Positions 1-12,655 are shown, numbered from the stretch's first letter. The stretch: DNA of 64,000 bases from Gammaproteobacteria bacterium (GCA_027077805.1 JALWTS010000039.1:21877-85876); one strand, 5' to 3'. Program-made: numbers and translations. The notes: generated by a model from the sequence alone, not told the origin.

Positions 1-414
1 GGGTAAACTTTTTTGTTCAATCACCAAAGAATGATAACGAGTTGCCTGTAACGGTTGGGCTAAATTGGCAAATATGCCTTGTTGTCGGTGATAAATCCAT
101 GAGGTTTTACCGTGCATAATTTGCTTGGCATGAATAATGTTACCCCCAAAGGCTTGAGCAATACTTTGATGCCCTAAACACACCCCTAAAATAGGCACGA
201 CCCCTGCAAATTGGCGAATCACTGCCATAGAAACCCCTGCTTCATTAGGTGTACAAGGGCCTGGGGAAATCACAATCCGTTCAGGGGCGAATGCTTTAAT
301 TTGTTCAAGGCTAATTTGATCATTACGATAGACTTGCACATCCGCCCCCAGCTCTGCGAAATATTGCACTAAGTTGTAAGTAAATGAATCATAATTATCA
401 ATCATTAACAACAT
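1..414 (-). CDS. trpG: Anthranilate synthase component II (glutamine amidotransferase), runs off the window start
   Basis: Not in the ORF track. Read manually from ATG at 414: [18 protein letters not shown]...SPGPC...GVCLGHQ. Overlaps the trpE stop. Confidence 0.93.
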   Translation of the reverse strand, partial: MLLMIDNYDSFTYNLVQYFAELGADVQVYRNDQISLEQIKAFAPERIVISPGPCTPNEAGVSMAVIRQFAGVVPILGVCLGHQSIAQAFGGNIIHAKQIMHGKTSWIYHRQQGIFANLAQPLQATRYHSLVIEQKSLP

Positions 415-1889
415 TGATCTAACCCCGCTGTTGCCATTGCTACTGCTCGAAAAATAGCCCGACCTTTGTTTAAGGTTTCCTGCCATTCTTTTTCAGGCAC
501 AGAATCAGCCACAATACCGGCTCCCGCTTGAATATATAAGGTTTGTTTATGAATGACAGCCGTGCGAATGGCAATGGCCGTATCCATATTACCTGACCAT
601 GATAAATACCCTACAGCTCCAGAATAAATTCCTCGTTTGACAGGTTCTAATTCCGCAATAATTTCCATTGCCCGAATTTTAGGCGCACCACTGACTGTCC
701 CCGCAGGAAACGTTGCTTGTAAAGCATCTAAAACCGATAAATCCAAATTTAATTGTCCTTCAACATTAGAGACAATATGCATAACATGAGAATAACGCTC
801 AATCACCATTCTATCCGTTAATTTGACACTCCCTATTTTCGCCACTCGCCCAACATCATTACGACCCAAATCAATTAACATTAAATGCTCGGCTAATTCT
901 TTGGGATCGGCTAATAACTCTTGTTCTAAGGCTTTATCTTGCGTAGGGTCATTGCCTCTTGGTCTTGTTCCTGCAATGGGTCTGACGGTAACTTTATTAT
1001 TTTCTACTCGGGTTAAAATTTCAGGCGAAGAACCCACAATATGATAATCGCCTAAATCTAAATAATACATATAAGGTGAAGGATTCATACTACGCAAGGC
1101 TCGATATAAATCCAAAGCAGGGGCGTCATAGGGAATAGACAAGCGTTGTGATAACACCACCTGCATGACATCCCCTTCCACAATATAATCTTTGATTTTA
1201 TTGACGGCTACTTCAAAATCCGCTTGTTTAAAGCCTGACACAAAATCCGCTTCAGTCACCACTTGATTAGTATTCAAATGTTTCGGTTCGGCAACGGTTT
1301 GTCTTAACTGGGTAATTAATTGATCCAAACGCTGTTGGGAATATTGATAAGCATTTTCACGACTAGGATCAACGCCAACAATAAAATAAAGCCGTTTGGC
1401 TAAATTATCAAATACCAATAACTCATCCGATACCATTAATAAAATATCAGGTGCTTGTAAAGGATCAGGCAAGGCTTGGTTGGCAAGTTTGGGTTCAATA
1501 TATTGTATGCTATCATAGCCAAAGTAACCGACTAAGCCCCCATAAAATCTTGGCAAGTCTGCTAATTCAGGAATTTTATAACGTTGCAAATACTGTTCTA
1601 ACCATGCAAATGGATCTGCTGAAACAGCGGTTTCAATGACTTGTTGCTGTTCTTCAATAGTAATTGTTTGTCCTGAAATTTTAATCACGCTTTGACAAGG
1701 CAAGCCAATAATGGAATAACGCCCCCAATTGTCCCCTCCTTCCACTGATTCTAATAAATAAGAATAGGCTTGGTTGGCAAGTTTATAATAAGCACTTAAT
1801 GGCGTATCTAAATCGGCAAGAATTTCTCGCATGACGGGAATCCTAGTATAGCCTTGTTCTGCCAGTGCCAAAAATTGTTGTTCGTCCAT
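405..1889 (-). CDS. trpE: Anthranilate synthase component I
   Basis: Motifs [42 protein letters not shown]. Start trimmed to MDEQQF at 1889. Confidence 0.96.
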   Translation of the reverse strand: MDEQQFLALAEQGYTRIPVMREILADLDTPLSAYYKLANQAYSYLLESVEGGDNWGRYSIIGLPCQSVIKISGQTITIEEQQQVIETAVSADPFAWLEQYLQRYKIPELADLPRFYGGLVGYFGYDSIQYIEPKLANQALPDPLQAPDILLMVSDELLVFDNLAKRLYFIVGVDPSRENAYQYSQQRLDQLITQLRQTVAEPKHLNTNQVVTEADFVSGFKQADFEVAVNKIKDYIVEGDVMQVVLSQRLSIPYDAPALDLYRALRSMNPSPYMYYLDLGDYHIVGSSPEILTRVENNKVTVRPIAGTRPRGNDPTQDKALEQELLADPKELAEHLMLIDLGRNDVGRVAKIGSVKLTDRMVIERYSHVMHIVSNVEGQLNLDLSVLDALQATFPAGTVSGAPKIRAMEIIAELEPVKRGIYSGAVGYLSWSGNMDTAIAIRTAVIHKQTLYIQAGAGIVADSVPEKEWQETLNKGRAIFRAVAMATAGLDQCC

Positions 1890-1924
1890 TATTTGGGTAC
1901 CTTTTCTACTCATCCAAACTAAAA

Positions 1925-2596
1925 TCATAAAATCTGTGGCAGTTCTGCCATAGAATCAATGACTTTATCAGGATTCGCTAAGCGAATATCTTCACCATGA
2001 TTATAACCATCACTCATACAAATAATCTGAAATCCTGCCGCTCTTGCTGCTTTGACATCACTGATCGAATCTCCAATCATTAGGGATTGATTGGGGGATA
2101 AATTAAAAAACCGACAAGCATGTAACAAAGGTTCAGGATCAGGTTTATTACGAGCAACGGTATCCCCTGCAATCACAATGGAAAAATAAGATTTTATCTG
2201 TAATTTTTCCAATAATGGCAAGGTAAACCGTTCTACTTTATTGGTAACACAACCTAAAGCATAGCCTTGTTGTTGTAAATAGTCTAATCCTTGCAACACG
2301 CCTGAATATAATTGACTACGCTCACAGACATTGTTTTGATATTGTTCTAAAAAATACGGATAGGCTTTGGCAAATAAAGCATCCTCAGGTTCGCCATATA
2401 ATTGCCCGACTAAGGCACGCCTAACTAAACGCTCCACCCCATTGCCTACCCATTGTCTGACCGCATCTTCGCCCCAAACGGGTTTTTCCAAATACAACAT
2501 CATTTGATCCACACAATACGCCAAATCAGGGACACTATCCACTAATGTCCCATCGACATCAATCAATACCATTTGGGGCTTACTTATCTTATCCAA
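1925..2596 (-). CDS. gph: Phosphoglycolate phosphatase (HAD)
   Basis: [22 protein letters not shown] motifs; rpe-gph-trpE order. Probable TTG start at 2596 with AAGGAG upstream. Confidence 0.93.
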   Translation of the reverse strand: MDKISKPQMVLIDVDGTLVDSVPDLAYCVDQMMLYLEKPVWGEDAVRQWVGNGVERLVRRALVGQLYGEPEDALFAKAYPYFLEQYQNNVCERSQLYSGVLQGLDYLQQQGYALGCVTNKVERFTLPLLEKLQIKSYFSIVIAGDTVARNKPDPEPLLHACRFFNLSPNQSLMIGDSISDVKAARAAGFQIICMSDGYNHGEDIRLANPDKVIDSMAELPQIL

Positions 2597-3260
2597 CGCT
2601 TGATAACTCCTTACGCATTTCATCAATGGTTGCTTTGTAATCATCGGTATTAAAAATAGCCGATCCTGCCACAAATGTGTCCGCCCCTGCTTCGGCAATT
2701 TCGCGAATATTGTTGATTTTAACGCCACCATCAATTTCTAAACGAATATCTAAACCGCTATCATCGATCATTTTTCTCGCTTGTCGTAATTTATTTAAAG
2801 TACCTGGAATAAAACTTTGTCCACCAAAACCCGGATTCACAGACATTAACAATATCATATCTACTTTATCCATGATATGTTCTAAATAATTTAAAGGTGT
2901 TGCAGGGTTAAAGACTAATCCAGATTTACAACCTTCATTGCGTACTAATTGTAAACTCCTATCAATATGCTCTGATGCTTCAGGATGAAAAGTAATATAA
3001 CTTGCCCCTGCTTTCGCAAAATCAGGAATAATTCTATCCACAGGTTTTACCATTAAATGCACATCAATCGGTGCGGTGACGCCGTGTTTACGCAAAGCTT
3101 CACAAACCAATGGACCAATGGTTAAATTAGGGACATAGTGATTGTCCATGACATCAAAATGCACAATATCCGCGCCTGCGGCTAATACATTTGCGACTTC
3201 TTCACCTAATTTAGCAAAATTAGCAGATAAAATTGAAGGGGCAATGCGATAGTCAGTCAT
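2589..3260 (-). CDS. rpe: Ribulose-phosphate 3-epimerase
   Basis: [37 protein letters not shown] motifs. Confidence 0.97.
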   Translation of the reverse strand: MTDYRIAPSILSANFAKLGEEVANVLAAGADIVHFDVMDNHYVPNLTIGPLVCEALRKHGVTAPIDVHLMVKPVDRIIPDFAKAGASYITFHPEASEHIDRSLQLVRNEGCKSGLVFNPATPLNYLEHIMDKVDMILLMSVNPGFGGQSFIPGTLNKLRQARKMIDDSGLDIRLEIDGGVKINNIREIAEAGADTFVAGSAIFNTDDYKATIDEMRKELSSVG

Positions 3261-3380
3261 AGTATTTCCTTAGTTGTAAAAACGATTATTGTACTGATTA
3301 TCACAAGATTGTCTATTTCTGGCGAAACTATTACGTCAATACACAGTAGTATTCATTTGTATTTCCTGCTCTAAAAAAAT

Positions 3381-4979
3381 CTAGTCTAAGTTGGTCTTTA
3401 ATAAAATGGCAACTAATACCGTTTTTCCTGCATTTTGATAGACTTGTTGAAAAACGGGTATCATATCTGTTGCATTTAAACGAGCAGCAGGATAAAAACT
3501 TTCAACCGCAGGATGTTTAATATTTAATAATAATAAATAATCACATTGACTTAATTCTGATTTAAATTGTTTTTCGCTGGTATCAATATTAGGCACATAA
3601 ATACTGGATCGTTGTGCAAAAAATATGATCAATTCTGGCATGACGGATGATACACACTGATCAGTTCTTACTATTGTGGGTATTTTCTTTATTGCCACGA
3701 TAATTTCATGTAGTAATCCTAATTCTTTTATGCCTTGATTGCGATTATCAGCATATAGCCAGTTTGGATTATGGTGAAGATATTGTATATTTGAGGGCAA
3801 AGGATAGAAATATTGTTTGCCAATTGAAATAAGCGCAGGCATGATTGTAATTAATATCACTAACAAAAAAATCATTTCCACTTTAATAAATTTACTATAA
3901 AGTTTTGCTTTATCAAGTGAGTAAATAATAATATTTAACGCATAAAACATCAAAATCGGAAATAATATGTGAATAAAGCGAGTATTCTGATCGGGAAAAT
4001 TCCAAACAAAAATAATGGCGAAATAAATCAAAACATATACGGCATCGTAAGTGATATTAAGTAAGCGTTGCAACCAACCCAAAATAGCTAAAATACCTGA
4101 TAAGCCACCAATCACTAAGATTAAAGGTGATAATTGTGAATCAAAATTTAATAACCATGCAAGACCAAAAGTTTTACTTTGTAATAATAATAACTCCCAA
4201 AACATTGCTAACACATCACCTTGCATTATCTCAATAAAATGATGATAGTTTTCCAATAAATCACTACCATAATTTCCGCTGTAATATGTAATATCCATCA
4301 CCAAACTATAAATTTTCCATAGTAACAATGGCAATAATGCCAGTGATATAACTCGAATCTTATAGGGTCGCCGATGATAGATTAAATAAACCAATAATGC
4401 TAGAATTAAACTAATGCCAACGGTTCGGGATATAATTGCTAATCCACAACTTAAGCCTGCGAAATACAGCCATTTTGAATTTTGCCTAGACTTTTCTATG
4501 GCATAAAAACATACAAACACCCAAAGCAAATATAGATATTCACTCCAAATTTCCTGAACAAATAATAACGTTCTAGGTAATAATAAAAATAATACCCCTA
4601 ATCCCCAAGCAAACTGGATTTCAAAATTTAATTGGCGTAACCATTGAATAAAAAACCAAACGGCAAGTAATAAAAAGCTAGTTGAAATAAAATAAGAGAT
4701 AGCAATATTTTGACTCCCCCCTCCCAATAATCCTAATAATAGTGGATACAAAGGTGGAAATGAACGGGAACGAATCGCATAGTCAGTAATATTACTCGCA
4801 ATATCAGAATAAGGTGAAAAATAATCCGCTTGTAAGAGATAAATAAAACCATCTGAAATAAAACTTGGCATATCATGCCAAGTGTAAAAATAATAACTTA
4901 GTCCTAGTAATATCCAACAAGCGATAACAATTTTTTGTAGTAAAGTTGTCGTAGGCGTAGAATGATATTGAGTAAGCAT
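3381..4979 (-). CDS. Polytopic membrane GT-C fold glycosyltransferase (ArnT/PMT-like)
   Basis: About 11-12 hydrophobic segments; SDG..Y, FPPLYPLLL, WSE.LY and R..G motifs typical of ArnT/GT39-like enzymes. Confidence 0.7.
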   Translation of the reverse strand: MLTQYHSTPTTTLLQKIVIACWILLGLSYYFYTWHDMPSFISDGFIYLLQADYFSPYSDIASNITDYAIRSRSFPPLYPLLLGLLGGGSQNIAISYFISTSFLLLAVWFFIQWLRQLNFEIQFAWGLGVLFLLLPRTLLFVQEIWSEYLYLLWVFVCFYAIEKSRQNSKWLYFAGLSCGLAIISRTVGISLILALLVYLIYHRRPYKIRVISLALLPLLLWKIYSLVMDITYYSGNYGSDLLENYHHFIEIMQGDVLAMFWELLLLQSKTFGLAWLLNFDSQLSPLILVIGGLSGILAILGWLQRLLNITYDAVYVLIYFAIIFVWNFPDQNTRFIHILFPILMFYALNIIIYSLDKAKLYSKFIKVEMIFLLVILITIMPALISIGKQYFYPLPSNIQYLHHNPNWLYADNRNQGIKELGLLHEIIVAIKKIPTIVRTDQCVSSVMPELIIFFAQRSSIYVPNIDTSEKQFKSELSQCDYLLLLNIKHPAVESFYPAARLNATDMIPVFQQVYQNAGKTVLVAILLKTNLD

Positions 4980-5012
4980 TATTTTAGATTCTTTTAATTT
5001 CAGTTGTTTTAA

Positions 5013-6338
5013 TTAAGCATTACCCGCAATCGTCATTTGTGCTAACCATAAGGAACCCGTACGAATATTTCGTTGTAAATCAACATCATTACCTACTGCT
5101 AATAGGTGTTGATACATAGTTTTTAAATTGCCTGCAATGGTAATTTCTTCGACAGGATATTGGATTTCACCATGTTCTACCCAAAAACCTGCGACTCCTC
5201 TGGAATAATCGCCAGTTACTAAATTAACCCCTTGTCCCATTAATTCGGTTACTAATAAACCTGTATCCATTTGCTTTAATAACTGTGCTAAATCTTTATC
5301 ACCTGTCTCAATAATCATATTATAGGTACCACCTGCATTGCCTGTGGTTGTCATATTAAGCTTTCTTGCCGCATAACTGTCCAAAATATAAGTTTTTAAA
5401 CAACCTTGTTTAATTAAATCATAAGATTGTGTAAGCACACCTTCATCATCAAATGGGGCACTCGCAATCGCTGATTTTAAATGAGGTTGTTGTGAAATAT
5501 GTATAAATTCTGGAAAAATTTGTTGCTCTAAGGCATCAACTAAAAATGAAGACTGTCGATAAATAGCAGAACCATGACAAGCAGCCATCAAATGACCTAA
5601 TAAACTCGGTGCAACTTCCGCCGCAAAAATAACACTTGCTTTACGAGTTGACAATGGTTGACTGCCTAATCTTGCTAAGGTTTTTTGAGCGGCAATTTGT
5701 CCAATTTCCGTTACTGATTGCAATAAAGCTGCATCTCTAGCACTGCTATACCAACCATCTCGTTGCATGCCTTGTTCCTCTTCCGCAATCATCGTACACC
5801 CTAGACTATGACGAGTGCTAGGATAACTACCAATAAAACCATGGGTATTACCATAAACTCGTAATCCTTGATGCGTGCTTAATTGTGCTCCTTCAGAATT
5901 ACTAATTTTAGCATCAAATTCTAAGGCTTGAGTTTCACATTCAGTCGTAATGTCAATGGCTTGTTCCACTGACAAATCCCAAGGATGATATAAATCTAAA
6001 TCCAATATTTGGCTTGGCATTAATGCCTTGTCGGCTAAACCAGAATATTGGTCTTCATTGGTATAATGAGCGATATCACAAGCCATTTTTATAGTATTAT
6101 CAATGGCAGTATTGCTTAAATCAGCCGTGCTTGCAGACCCTTTGGATTGACCACGATACACAGTAATCGCTAAACCTTGATCATTGTGATGTTCAATAGT
6201 TTCAAGCTCTCCTAATCGAGTAGTCACTTCTAATCCTTGGCTAACACTGAGCCCAGCTTCAGCATGTGTCGCACCGTATTGTCTGGCTTTGTCTAAAACC
6301 TGTTGTAATAATTGTTCTAAAGATTGTTGCTTTTGCAT
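5013..6338 (-). CDS. pmbA: Metalloprotease PmbA/TldE
   Basis: PFDDEG, GQGVNLVTGDYSRG, EITIAGNL; adjacent to tldD. Confidence 0.95.
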   Translation of the reverse strand: MQKQQSLEQLLQQVLDKARQYGATHAEAGLSVSQGLEVTTRLGELETIEHHNDQGLAITVYRGQSKGSASTADLSNTAIDNTIKMACDIAHYTNEDQYSGLADKALMPSQILDLDLYHPWDLSVEQAIDITTECETQALEFDAKISNSEGAQLSTHQGLRVYGNTHGFIGSYPSTRHSLGCTMIAEEEQGMQRDGWYSSARDAALLQSVTEIGQIAAQKTLARLGSQPLSTRKASVIFAAEVAPSLLGHLMAACHGSAIYRQSSFLVDALEQQIFPEFIHISQQPHLKSAIASAPFDDEGVLTQSYDLIKQGCLKTYILDSYAARKLNMTTTGNAGGTYNMIIETGDKDLAQLLKQMDTGLLVTELMGQGVNLVTGDYSRGVAGFWVEHGEIQYPVEEITIAGNLKTMYQHLLAVGNDVDLQRNIRTGSLWLAQMTIAGNA

Positions 6339-6374
6339 ATTGACGCTTTCATAAAATAGAGAAAAACTTAAAGT

Positions 6375-7814
6375 CTAAGCACTCGTGCCACCAACGGTTA
6401 ATCGATCCACTTTCAAGGTTGGTTGACCGACCCCAACTGGCACACTCTGCCCTTCTTTACCGCAAACCCCAACACCCGTGTCCAACGCCAAATCATTCCC
6501 TACCATAGAAACTTTTGTTAGCACATCAGGACCATGACCAATTAAGGTGGCCCCTTTCACTGGATAAGCAATTTTACCATTCTCAATCCAATACGCTTCG
6601 CTGGCAGAAAATACAAATTTTCCAGAAGTAATATCCACTTGGCCACCTCCAAAATTTACCGCATATAAGCCTTTATCCACTGAAGCAATAATGTCATCAG
6701 GCTCAGTATCTCCAGCTAACATATAAGTATTTGTCATTCTTGGCATGGGTAAATGAGCATAAGATTCACGTCGTCCATTACCCGTAGAACGTGTGCCCAT
6801 TAATTTCGCATTGAGATTATCTTGCATATATTGCTTTAAATAACCCTTTTCAATTAATACCGTTGATTGCGTTGCTGTCCCTTCATCATCAATATTTAAT
6901 GATCCCCGCCTACCTGCTAATGTACCATCATCCACTACCGTACATAAAGGTGAAGCAACTTTTTCACCAATCCGTCCACTAAACGCAGAACAACCTTTAC
7001 GATTAAAATCGCCTTCTAAACCATGACCAATGGCCTCATGCAGTAATACCCCTGGCCAACCTGAAGCTAAAACCACTGGCATTTGTCCTGCGGGCGTTTC
7101 TTTAGCATCTAAATTCACTAAGGCTTGACGTACCGCTTCTTTGGCAAAATCAAAATGTCGATCTTGTTCAAATAGCGAGTGATAATCATAACGACCACCA
7201 CCACCAGCAAATCCTTGTTCACGCTTGCCATTATCTTCGGCAATGACTTGGATATTTAATCTGACTAAAGGTCTCACATCGGCGCTTAAACGACCATCAG
7301 AGGAGACCACTAGTATGACTTCAAACACACTATTTAAACCTACCATAACTTGTTTAACTTTACTATCTAACTGACGGGTATAACTATCGATAGCGTAAAG
7401 TAAATCAATTTTTTGTTGTGAACTTAAACGCTCAATAGGATTACTGCTTTGATATAACTGGTGTTTTGGTAGTTGACTGGCAATTTTAATTTGACCACTT
7501 TGCCCTGCTTGGCTAATAGCACGCGCTGATTGAGCCGCTTGTAATAAGGCGGGCATCACAATTTCATCGGAATAAGCAAAGCCAGTTTTTTCACCACTAA
7601 TCACTCTTAAACCAGCCCCTTGTTCGATATTATAACGACCATTTTTGATGATTCCATCTTCTAAGCTCCATGATTCATAACGGCTAGATTGTAAATAAAT
7701 ATCCGCCGCATCAATTGTTTGTCCTGATAAAGTATAAAGCAGCTTATCTAAATCTTGTTCTTGGATTTGAGCGGGTTGTAGTAGGGTTTGTTTAGCAATA
7801 TCAATACTGGACAT
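6375..7814 (-). CDS. tldD: Metalloprotease TldD
   Basis: [37 protein letters not shown]. Confidence 0.97.
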   Translation of the reverse strand: MSSIDIAKQTLLQPAQIQEQDLDKLLYTLSGQTIDAADIYLQSSRYESWSLEDGIIKNGRYNIEQGAGLRVISGEKTGFAYSDEIVMPALLQAAQSARAISQAGQSGQIKIASQLPKHQLYQSSNPIERLSSQQKIDLLYAIDSYTRQLDSKVKQVMVGLNSVFEVILVVSSDGRLSADVRPLVRLNIQVIAEDNGKREQGFAGGGGRYDYHSLFEQDRHFDFAKEAVRQALVNLDAKETPAGQMPVVLASGWPGVLLHEAIGHGLEGDFNRKGCSAFSGRIGEKVASPLCTVVDDGTLAGRRGSLNIDDEGTATQSTVLIEKGYLKQYMQDNLNAKLMGTRSTGNGRRESYAHLPMPRMTNTYMLAGDTEPDDIIASVDKGLYAVNFGGGQVDITSGKFVFSASEAYWIENGKIAYPVKGATLIGHGPDVLTKVSMVGNDLALDTGVGVCGKEGQSVPVGVGQPTLKVDRLTVGGTSA

Positions 7815-7832
7815 AAAATTCTACTTAATTTA

Positions 7833-8660
7833 CTATTTACAATACAGTTTACGATGTTCAATGGCAGGAAAACTACGTCGAATATTTTTAATACAATCGG
7901 GATCGACTTGGGCTACGACAAATCCTGCACCATGTTCTAAGTGAGATAACACTTGTCCCCAAGGATCAACAATCATACTATCGCCGTGAGTTTCTCTGCC
8001 GTTGATATGATAACCACCTTGTGCGGCTGCAATCACATAACACAAATTTTCAATGGCTCTGGCTCTCACCAAAATTTCCCAGTGAGATTTACCAGTAATG
8101 GCGGTAAAAGCAGAAGGAACAACTAATAAATCCATGCCTTTGTCTAGCATATAACGGAAAATTTCAGGAAAACGCAAATCATAACAAATCGCAATCCCAA
8201 CACAACCAAAAGGGGTCTTCACTAATTGCACCGTATCCCCTGCTTCAATCGTCTCTGATTCAGTATATTGTTCGTTATGTTCCACTAACTCAACGTCAAA
8301 TAGATGCATTTTGTCATAGCGAGCTTGGCACTGACCTTGATCATCATAGACTAAGCAGGCCGCTCGAATTTTTCCGGGTGCAGAGGCTTCTAAAGGAATG
8401 GTACCACCAACCAACCAAACATTATAACGATTAGCTGTAGTAGATAAAAATTCTTGCATCACCCCAAAACCTTGCTGTTCTCTTTGTTCGACTTTATCAG
8501 TTTCTGAGATTCCCATTAATGCAAAATTTTCGGGTAACACCACTAATTTTGCACCAGCATCAACGGCACCGCCAATCAAACGATCCGCTTCTAGCAAATT
8601 TGCATTGACATTAGGACCAGATGCCATTTGAATGGCCGCAACTGAAAACTTTTCTGCCAT
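7833..8660 (-). CDS. Carbon-nitrogen hydrolase (Nit1-like deaminated glutathione amidase)
   Basis: LPE, YDKMHLFD and ICYDLRFPE (E-K-C triad); usual yhdP-nit-tldD position. Start trimmed to MAEKF. Confidence 0.92.
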   Translation of the reverse strand: MAEKFSVAAIQMASGPNVNANLLEADRLIGGAVDAGAKLVVLPENFALMGISETDKVEQREQQGFGVMQEFLSTTANRYNVWLVGGTIPLEASAPGKIRAACLVYDDQGQCQARYDKMHLFDVELVEHNEQYTESETIEAGDTVQLVKTPFGCVGIAICYDLRFPEIFRYMLDKGMDLLVVPSAFTAITGKSHWEILVRARAIENLCYVIAAAQGGYHINGRETHGDSMIVDPWGQVLSHLEHGAGFVVAQVDPDCIKNIRRSFPAIEHRKLYCK

Positions 8661-8734
8661 TATTTCTAAATAACCTATTTTTGTTTGCATTCTTAAGACT
8701 TTAAGTTTAGCAAAAATCCCAAAAGATAACTACA

Positions 8735-11700
8735 TCATTCCGAATTTTCTGAATTTTCCGAATTTCCTAGATTTTTAGGCATTTTTTCTTTGAGAAATTT
8801 AGTGAATAAGGGTTGTTTTTCAATGTGAGGATTCTCCCATGAACCAGTAACACGGTAACTATATCCCGAGATTTTATCAAACTGATCGCCAAATACTTGT
8901 TGCAAAACAAATGCGGCTGCACCAACGGCAGGACCCCCTGCGACAGTTGCTGTTACAGGAACACTAGCCGTTAATTTGGGAATGACTAAAATTGTTTGAT
9001 CATAGTTTTTTTCTAACACATTAGTTTTACCCTTAATTTCAATGCTAACATTAGGACCATCTATTCTTAATGGCTGATTTTGTTTAATATAAATCAATCC
9101 CCCCTCTTCAATCAGCATAGCACCCGTAATGGTATCAAAGCTTAAACCCGCCGTAACAACATCGCTAACATCAAGTTTTAAACGTCGATTAACCAAGCTA
9201 TCTAAACTAAATAATCCTAAAGCTCGTCCTAAGCCTGGTTCAACTTTGATGAATCGTCCCTGATTAATCGTGATATTTTTAATATCCCCGGATAATTTTG
9301 CTAGATTAACGTCTATAGGTGAGCCTATCCAGTTTAAATGAAAGCTAATATCCGTTTGTTTTGCTTGGATACCACTACTAAAACCAAATCGTTCCAACAT
9401 ATTTTCTAACTTGCTAGACACTAATTTGCCTTCAAATTTGACGGTATTAGCTTGCGGTTTAATCTGCCATTGTCCATTCATTTTAATCCGATATTCTTTT
9501 GGGTTCTTCGCTAATAATCCGAGTCCAATCTTAATTTGATTGGCATCAGGTGTTAAATTTAAAGTCAATTTTCCCAATGCGAGTTGATTAAATTGAAAAT
9601 CCTCAATAGTTAATACCAATTTGGGAATATCCTCTGGATTTAAATCAATCTTATCATTACTATCGGCTAATATATTATCAGGTGATTGCCAATGCCAATG
9701 ATTAATCTTAGCCACAAGCATATTTGGCTTTACTAATCGAATAATGCCATCTAACTGTTGACTTTTAATTTGGTAATACTTACTCGCCTTATCTGCCTCT
9801 TGCTTTAGTTTTAATTCTGCTTGATCCAACAACAAACCCAAAATGTCTAATTGATCAATTTTTAAATCAACACGGTTTAATTGCACTGGATTTTTTAAAT
9901 GATTGAATGCGTGATCAGATTTAATATTAATATCTAACTTAGAAAAAAAATTTAACCAATCCGCAAGCCTCAATTTTTCTTGATGACCTACAAGATATAA
10001 ACCAGTATCTGGTAATTTAGCGAGTTGTTCGCCTAAAGCAATTTCACCTTTTAAACCAGTATTATCTCGCAATAATATGACATCTAACTGCGGATATTGA
10101 AACTTAAATTGTTGCTGTTTATTGGTAATGTCTGCTAGGAAGTGTAACGATTTGTCTTGTGCAATCGTTTTATTAAATGGCGATGGTAAATCAATCGCAA
10201 CTTTGCTTAAATTAGAATTTAGCTCAATAGCGACAGGAATGTTAGTGGGATCAGGAGTATCTAGCATTTTTATTTTCGCTTGATAATCTAGCAAACCAGA
10301 CAGGGGTTTTAACCACTGCCTAGATTGTGGATACAGTTGTTTGATAGTAGCAATCGGGATATTACCCGTTGCGACAATCAATGTTTGCTTACGACTAGTT
10401 TTAATTTTAATCGCAATCGCTTGCTCGGCAAAATAGGCTTGCAATTGATGAGCATCAATGCTTGATTCCGTAAAATTAATTTGTCCCTGAATTTTATCCA
10501 AACGGCTAGGTAACATTGGTAGTTGTAATTGATTCGTATATAGCTGAATGTTACCCTTTACCTGAGAAGGATGATGATTAAATGGCAATTTTAGTTTTAA
10601 ATCCAAATCATGTTTACCTGATGCCACAACTCCTTGCAAATATTTGCCAAAATAATGTTTTAACGGACTTTGCTTTAAAAACTCAACACTAGAACGGATA
10701 TCACCCGTAATACGGGTTTTTAGTTTCAAAGGTGATGTTGGACGTAATGAATCAATTTCAGCCAAAATATGTTTGGCAGACCCTTGTAAAATATATCCCT
10801 TTGTTGCGGTAATTTTCAAAGAATTTTGTTGAAATAAAACCTTAGCATTCAGTTGTTTTAGTTCAGGCCAGTTAGCTTGATAGTCTAATACTACATCATC
10901 AATATCAAAATCCACATAAAACACCCCGTCTGCTTGATCATAAGGAAAATCTTTAGCATATCCTAACAAACGAAACTGCCCTTGTAGCAACTTACCGCTA
11001 ACTAATGCCCGATCCAACCATTTCACTAAATTTTTGTTCATAATCCCCGTAGGCAAATATTTACCCGTATGTGCAATCACACCCTGTTTGAAATAAGTAT
11101 TAATATCTAAAAACGGTTGTGCTTGACTAAAATCTAATGCTAATTGGGTTTTCGTTTGAATATCTTGATTAGAAATCAATAGTTCGGGTGTACTTAATTG
11201 CCAACCTTTATTAACTAACTGCCATTTTACCACACCTAAAACTTTATCCAGTAATAAGGGTTGTCGGAATAATGCTGGGTAATCAAAATTTAAATGCTTA
11301 CTGTTTAAACGTATCATTCCTTGTTCGCTTGTGGCTAAAATGCTTGCATTAAGATTATTAACCCCAGGTGATTTTCCAAAACTTTGGCTACTGACTTGTT
11401 GTAAATCTGCTTTTACAAACCATTGTTGTTGCTGTTGTTCAAATTGTAGGTTTCTAATCATACCTTGTGGTTGTGCTTTCGCTAATAAATCAGCATAAGT
11501 TTTAGAGAATACTGGAAACCATGCTCGCCATTGCGAAATGTTTAATGGTGAAAAACCCGCTTTAAACTGCTGGTGATGATGAATAATAGTCGCAATATGT
11601 TGTTGATATTTGTCTTTATAAACATTGACTAACCATTGTTTTGCATTCACTTTCGTGACAAATTCCATTTTTAACGATGGCATCATTATCTCTGGATTGA

Positions 11701-12511
11701 TACTAGATTGAATTTCTGTCAAATTGACTTGCCCTTGCCAATGATTCGTTTGATTAGGATCAAACCAACCCCATAAATCCAAATCCAGTTTTGCCTTAGC
11801 AGCAAAGACATTATTTTCAACGTTAAGCATCACTTGTTGTATATTGGCATAAACTTTACCTTGCCATTGTTCGGGTTGTAATACCTCACCTTGAAACTGA
11901 CTAATTAAACTAAATTTTTCACCAATGCTAGTCGGTAACTTCGCACTTAATTGTAATTGATGTTGGTTTTCTTGATTTTTTAATACCAAGTTTAAATTAT
12001 TTAATACGAAATCCCCTAATAGAATTTGGCTATCAACTAATTGTAATTGTTTTTGAGACAACAACCATACTAGAACAACATTATCCTCAAGATTTGACAC
12101 AGAGGCTTGTTCAAAATCGATTTTTATACTCGATAAATCAATGCGTAAGCCATAAACTTGAATAAAACTCGGTAGAAAATTTTGTTTCATAAATGCAATA
12201 AAGCTTGATTGTGCCACTAATTTTTTAATTTCAAATGCAACTTTATCCATAGAATTTGGAACTAAGACTTTAATATTCTTTAAACCAAAACGTAAACCAC
12301 TGCCATATAATTCCGTATCCACAGCACCAATCACCACTCTTTGACCAATATTTTCACTTAACCATAGTTCTAACTCTGGTTTAAAATTGTTTAAATAAAA
12401 TAAACTTGAACGCAATATTGACCATAATACGGTTAAAATAATTAAACTAATGGCAGTATATAATACTAAATGACGAGATACGGTGTAACAGTGGTGTACA
12501 ACTTTCTTCAC
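8735..12511 (-). CDS. yhdP: AsmA-like phospholipid transport protein YhdP
   Basis: 1258 aa with an N-terminal anchor, LVKWLDRAL, GLGRALGLFSL and C-terminal Y.VTGSWENP; upstream of nit-tldD. Confidence 0.9.
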   Translation of the reverse strand: MKKVVHHCYTVSRHLVLYTAISLIILTVLWSILRSSLFYLNNFKPELELWLSENIGQRVVIGAVDTELYGSGLRFGLKNIKVLVPNSMDKVAFEIKKLVAQSSFIAFMKQNFLPSFIQVYGLRIDLSSIKIDFEQASVSNLEDNVVLVWLLSQKQLQLVDSQILLGDFVLNNLNLVLKNQENQHQLQLSAKLPTSIGEKFSLISQFQGEVLQPEQWQGKVYANIQQVMLNVENNVFAAKAKLDLDLWGWFDPNQTNHWQGQVNLTEIQSSINPEIMMPSLKMEFVTKVNAKQWLVNVYKDKYQQHIATIIHHHQQFKAGFSPLNISQWRAWFPVFSKTYADLLAKAQPQGMIRNLQFEQQQQQWFVKADLQQVSSQSFGKSPGVNNLNASILATSEQGMIRLNSKHLNFDYPALFRQPLLLDKVLGVVKWQLVNKGWQLSTPELLISNQDIQTKTQLALDFSQAQPFLDINTYFKQGVIAHTGKYLPTGIMNKNLVKWLDRALVSGKLLQGQFRLLGYAKDFPYDQADGVFYVDFDIDDVVLDYQANWPELKQLNAKVLFQQNSLKITATKGYILQGSAKHILAEIDSLRPTSPLKLKTRITGDIRSSVEFLKQSPLKHYFGKYLQGVVASGKHDLDLKLKLPFNHHPSQVKGNIQLYTNQLQLPMLPSRLDKIQGQINFTESSIDAHQLQAYFAEQAIAIKIKTSRKQTLIVATGNIPIATIKQLYPQSRQWLKPLSGLLDYQAKIKMLDTPDPTNIPVAIELNSNLSKVAIDLPSPFNKTIAQDKSLHFLADITNKQQQFKFQYPQLDVILLRDNTGLKGEIALGEQLAKLPDTGLYLVGHQEKLRLADWLNFFSKLDINIKSDHAFNHLKNPVQLNRVDLKIDQLDILGLLLDQAELKLKQEADKASKYYQIKSQQLDGIIRLVKPNMLVAKINHWHWQSPDNILADSNDKIDLNPEDIPKLVLTIEDFQFNQLALGKLTLNLTPDANQIKIGLGLLAKNPKEYRIKMNGQWQIKPQANTVKFEGKLVSSKLENMLERFGFSSGIQAKQTDISFHLNWIGSPIDVNLAKLSGDIKNITINQGRFIKVEPGLGRALGLFSLDSLVNRRLKLDVSDVVTAGLSFDTITGAMLIEEGGLIYIKQNQPLRIDGPNVSIEIKGKTNVLEKNYDQTILVIPKLTASVPVTATVAGGPAVGAAAFVLQQVFGDQFDKISGYSYRVTGSWENPHIEKQPLFTKFLKEKMPKNLGNSENSENSE

Positions 12512-12655
12512 AGGCTTAGAAACTTTAGTTACTTGAACGAGTAAATCATAAGTGATTTAGCAAAAATTGGCAAAATTTCCTATAATCAAGCAAATTTCTG
12601 ATAAACTAATAAAGCAACAAACTATCAATTAAACGCAATTATTTATTGTTATCAG

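Noticed and set aside
2597-2734. Long N-terminus of gph overlapping rpe
   Set aside because: Out-of-frame overlap with the conserved rpe C-terminus; a better start with RBS lies at 2596.
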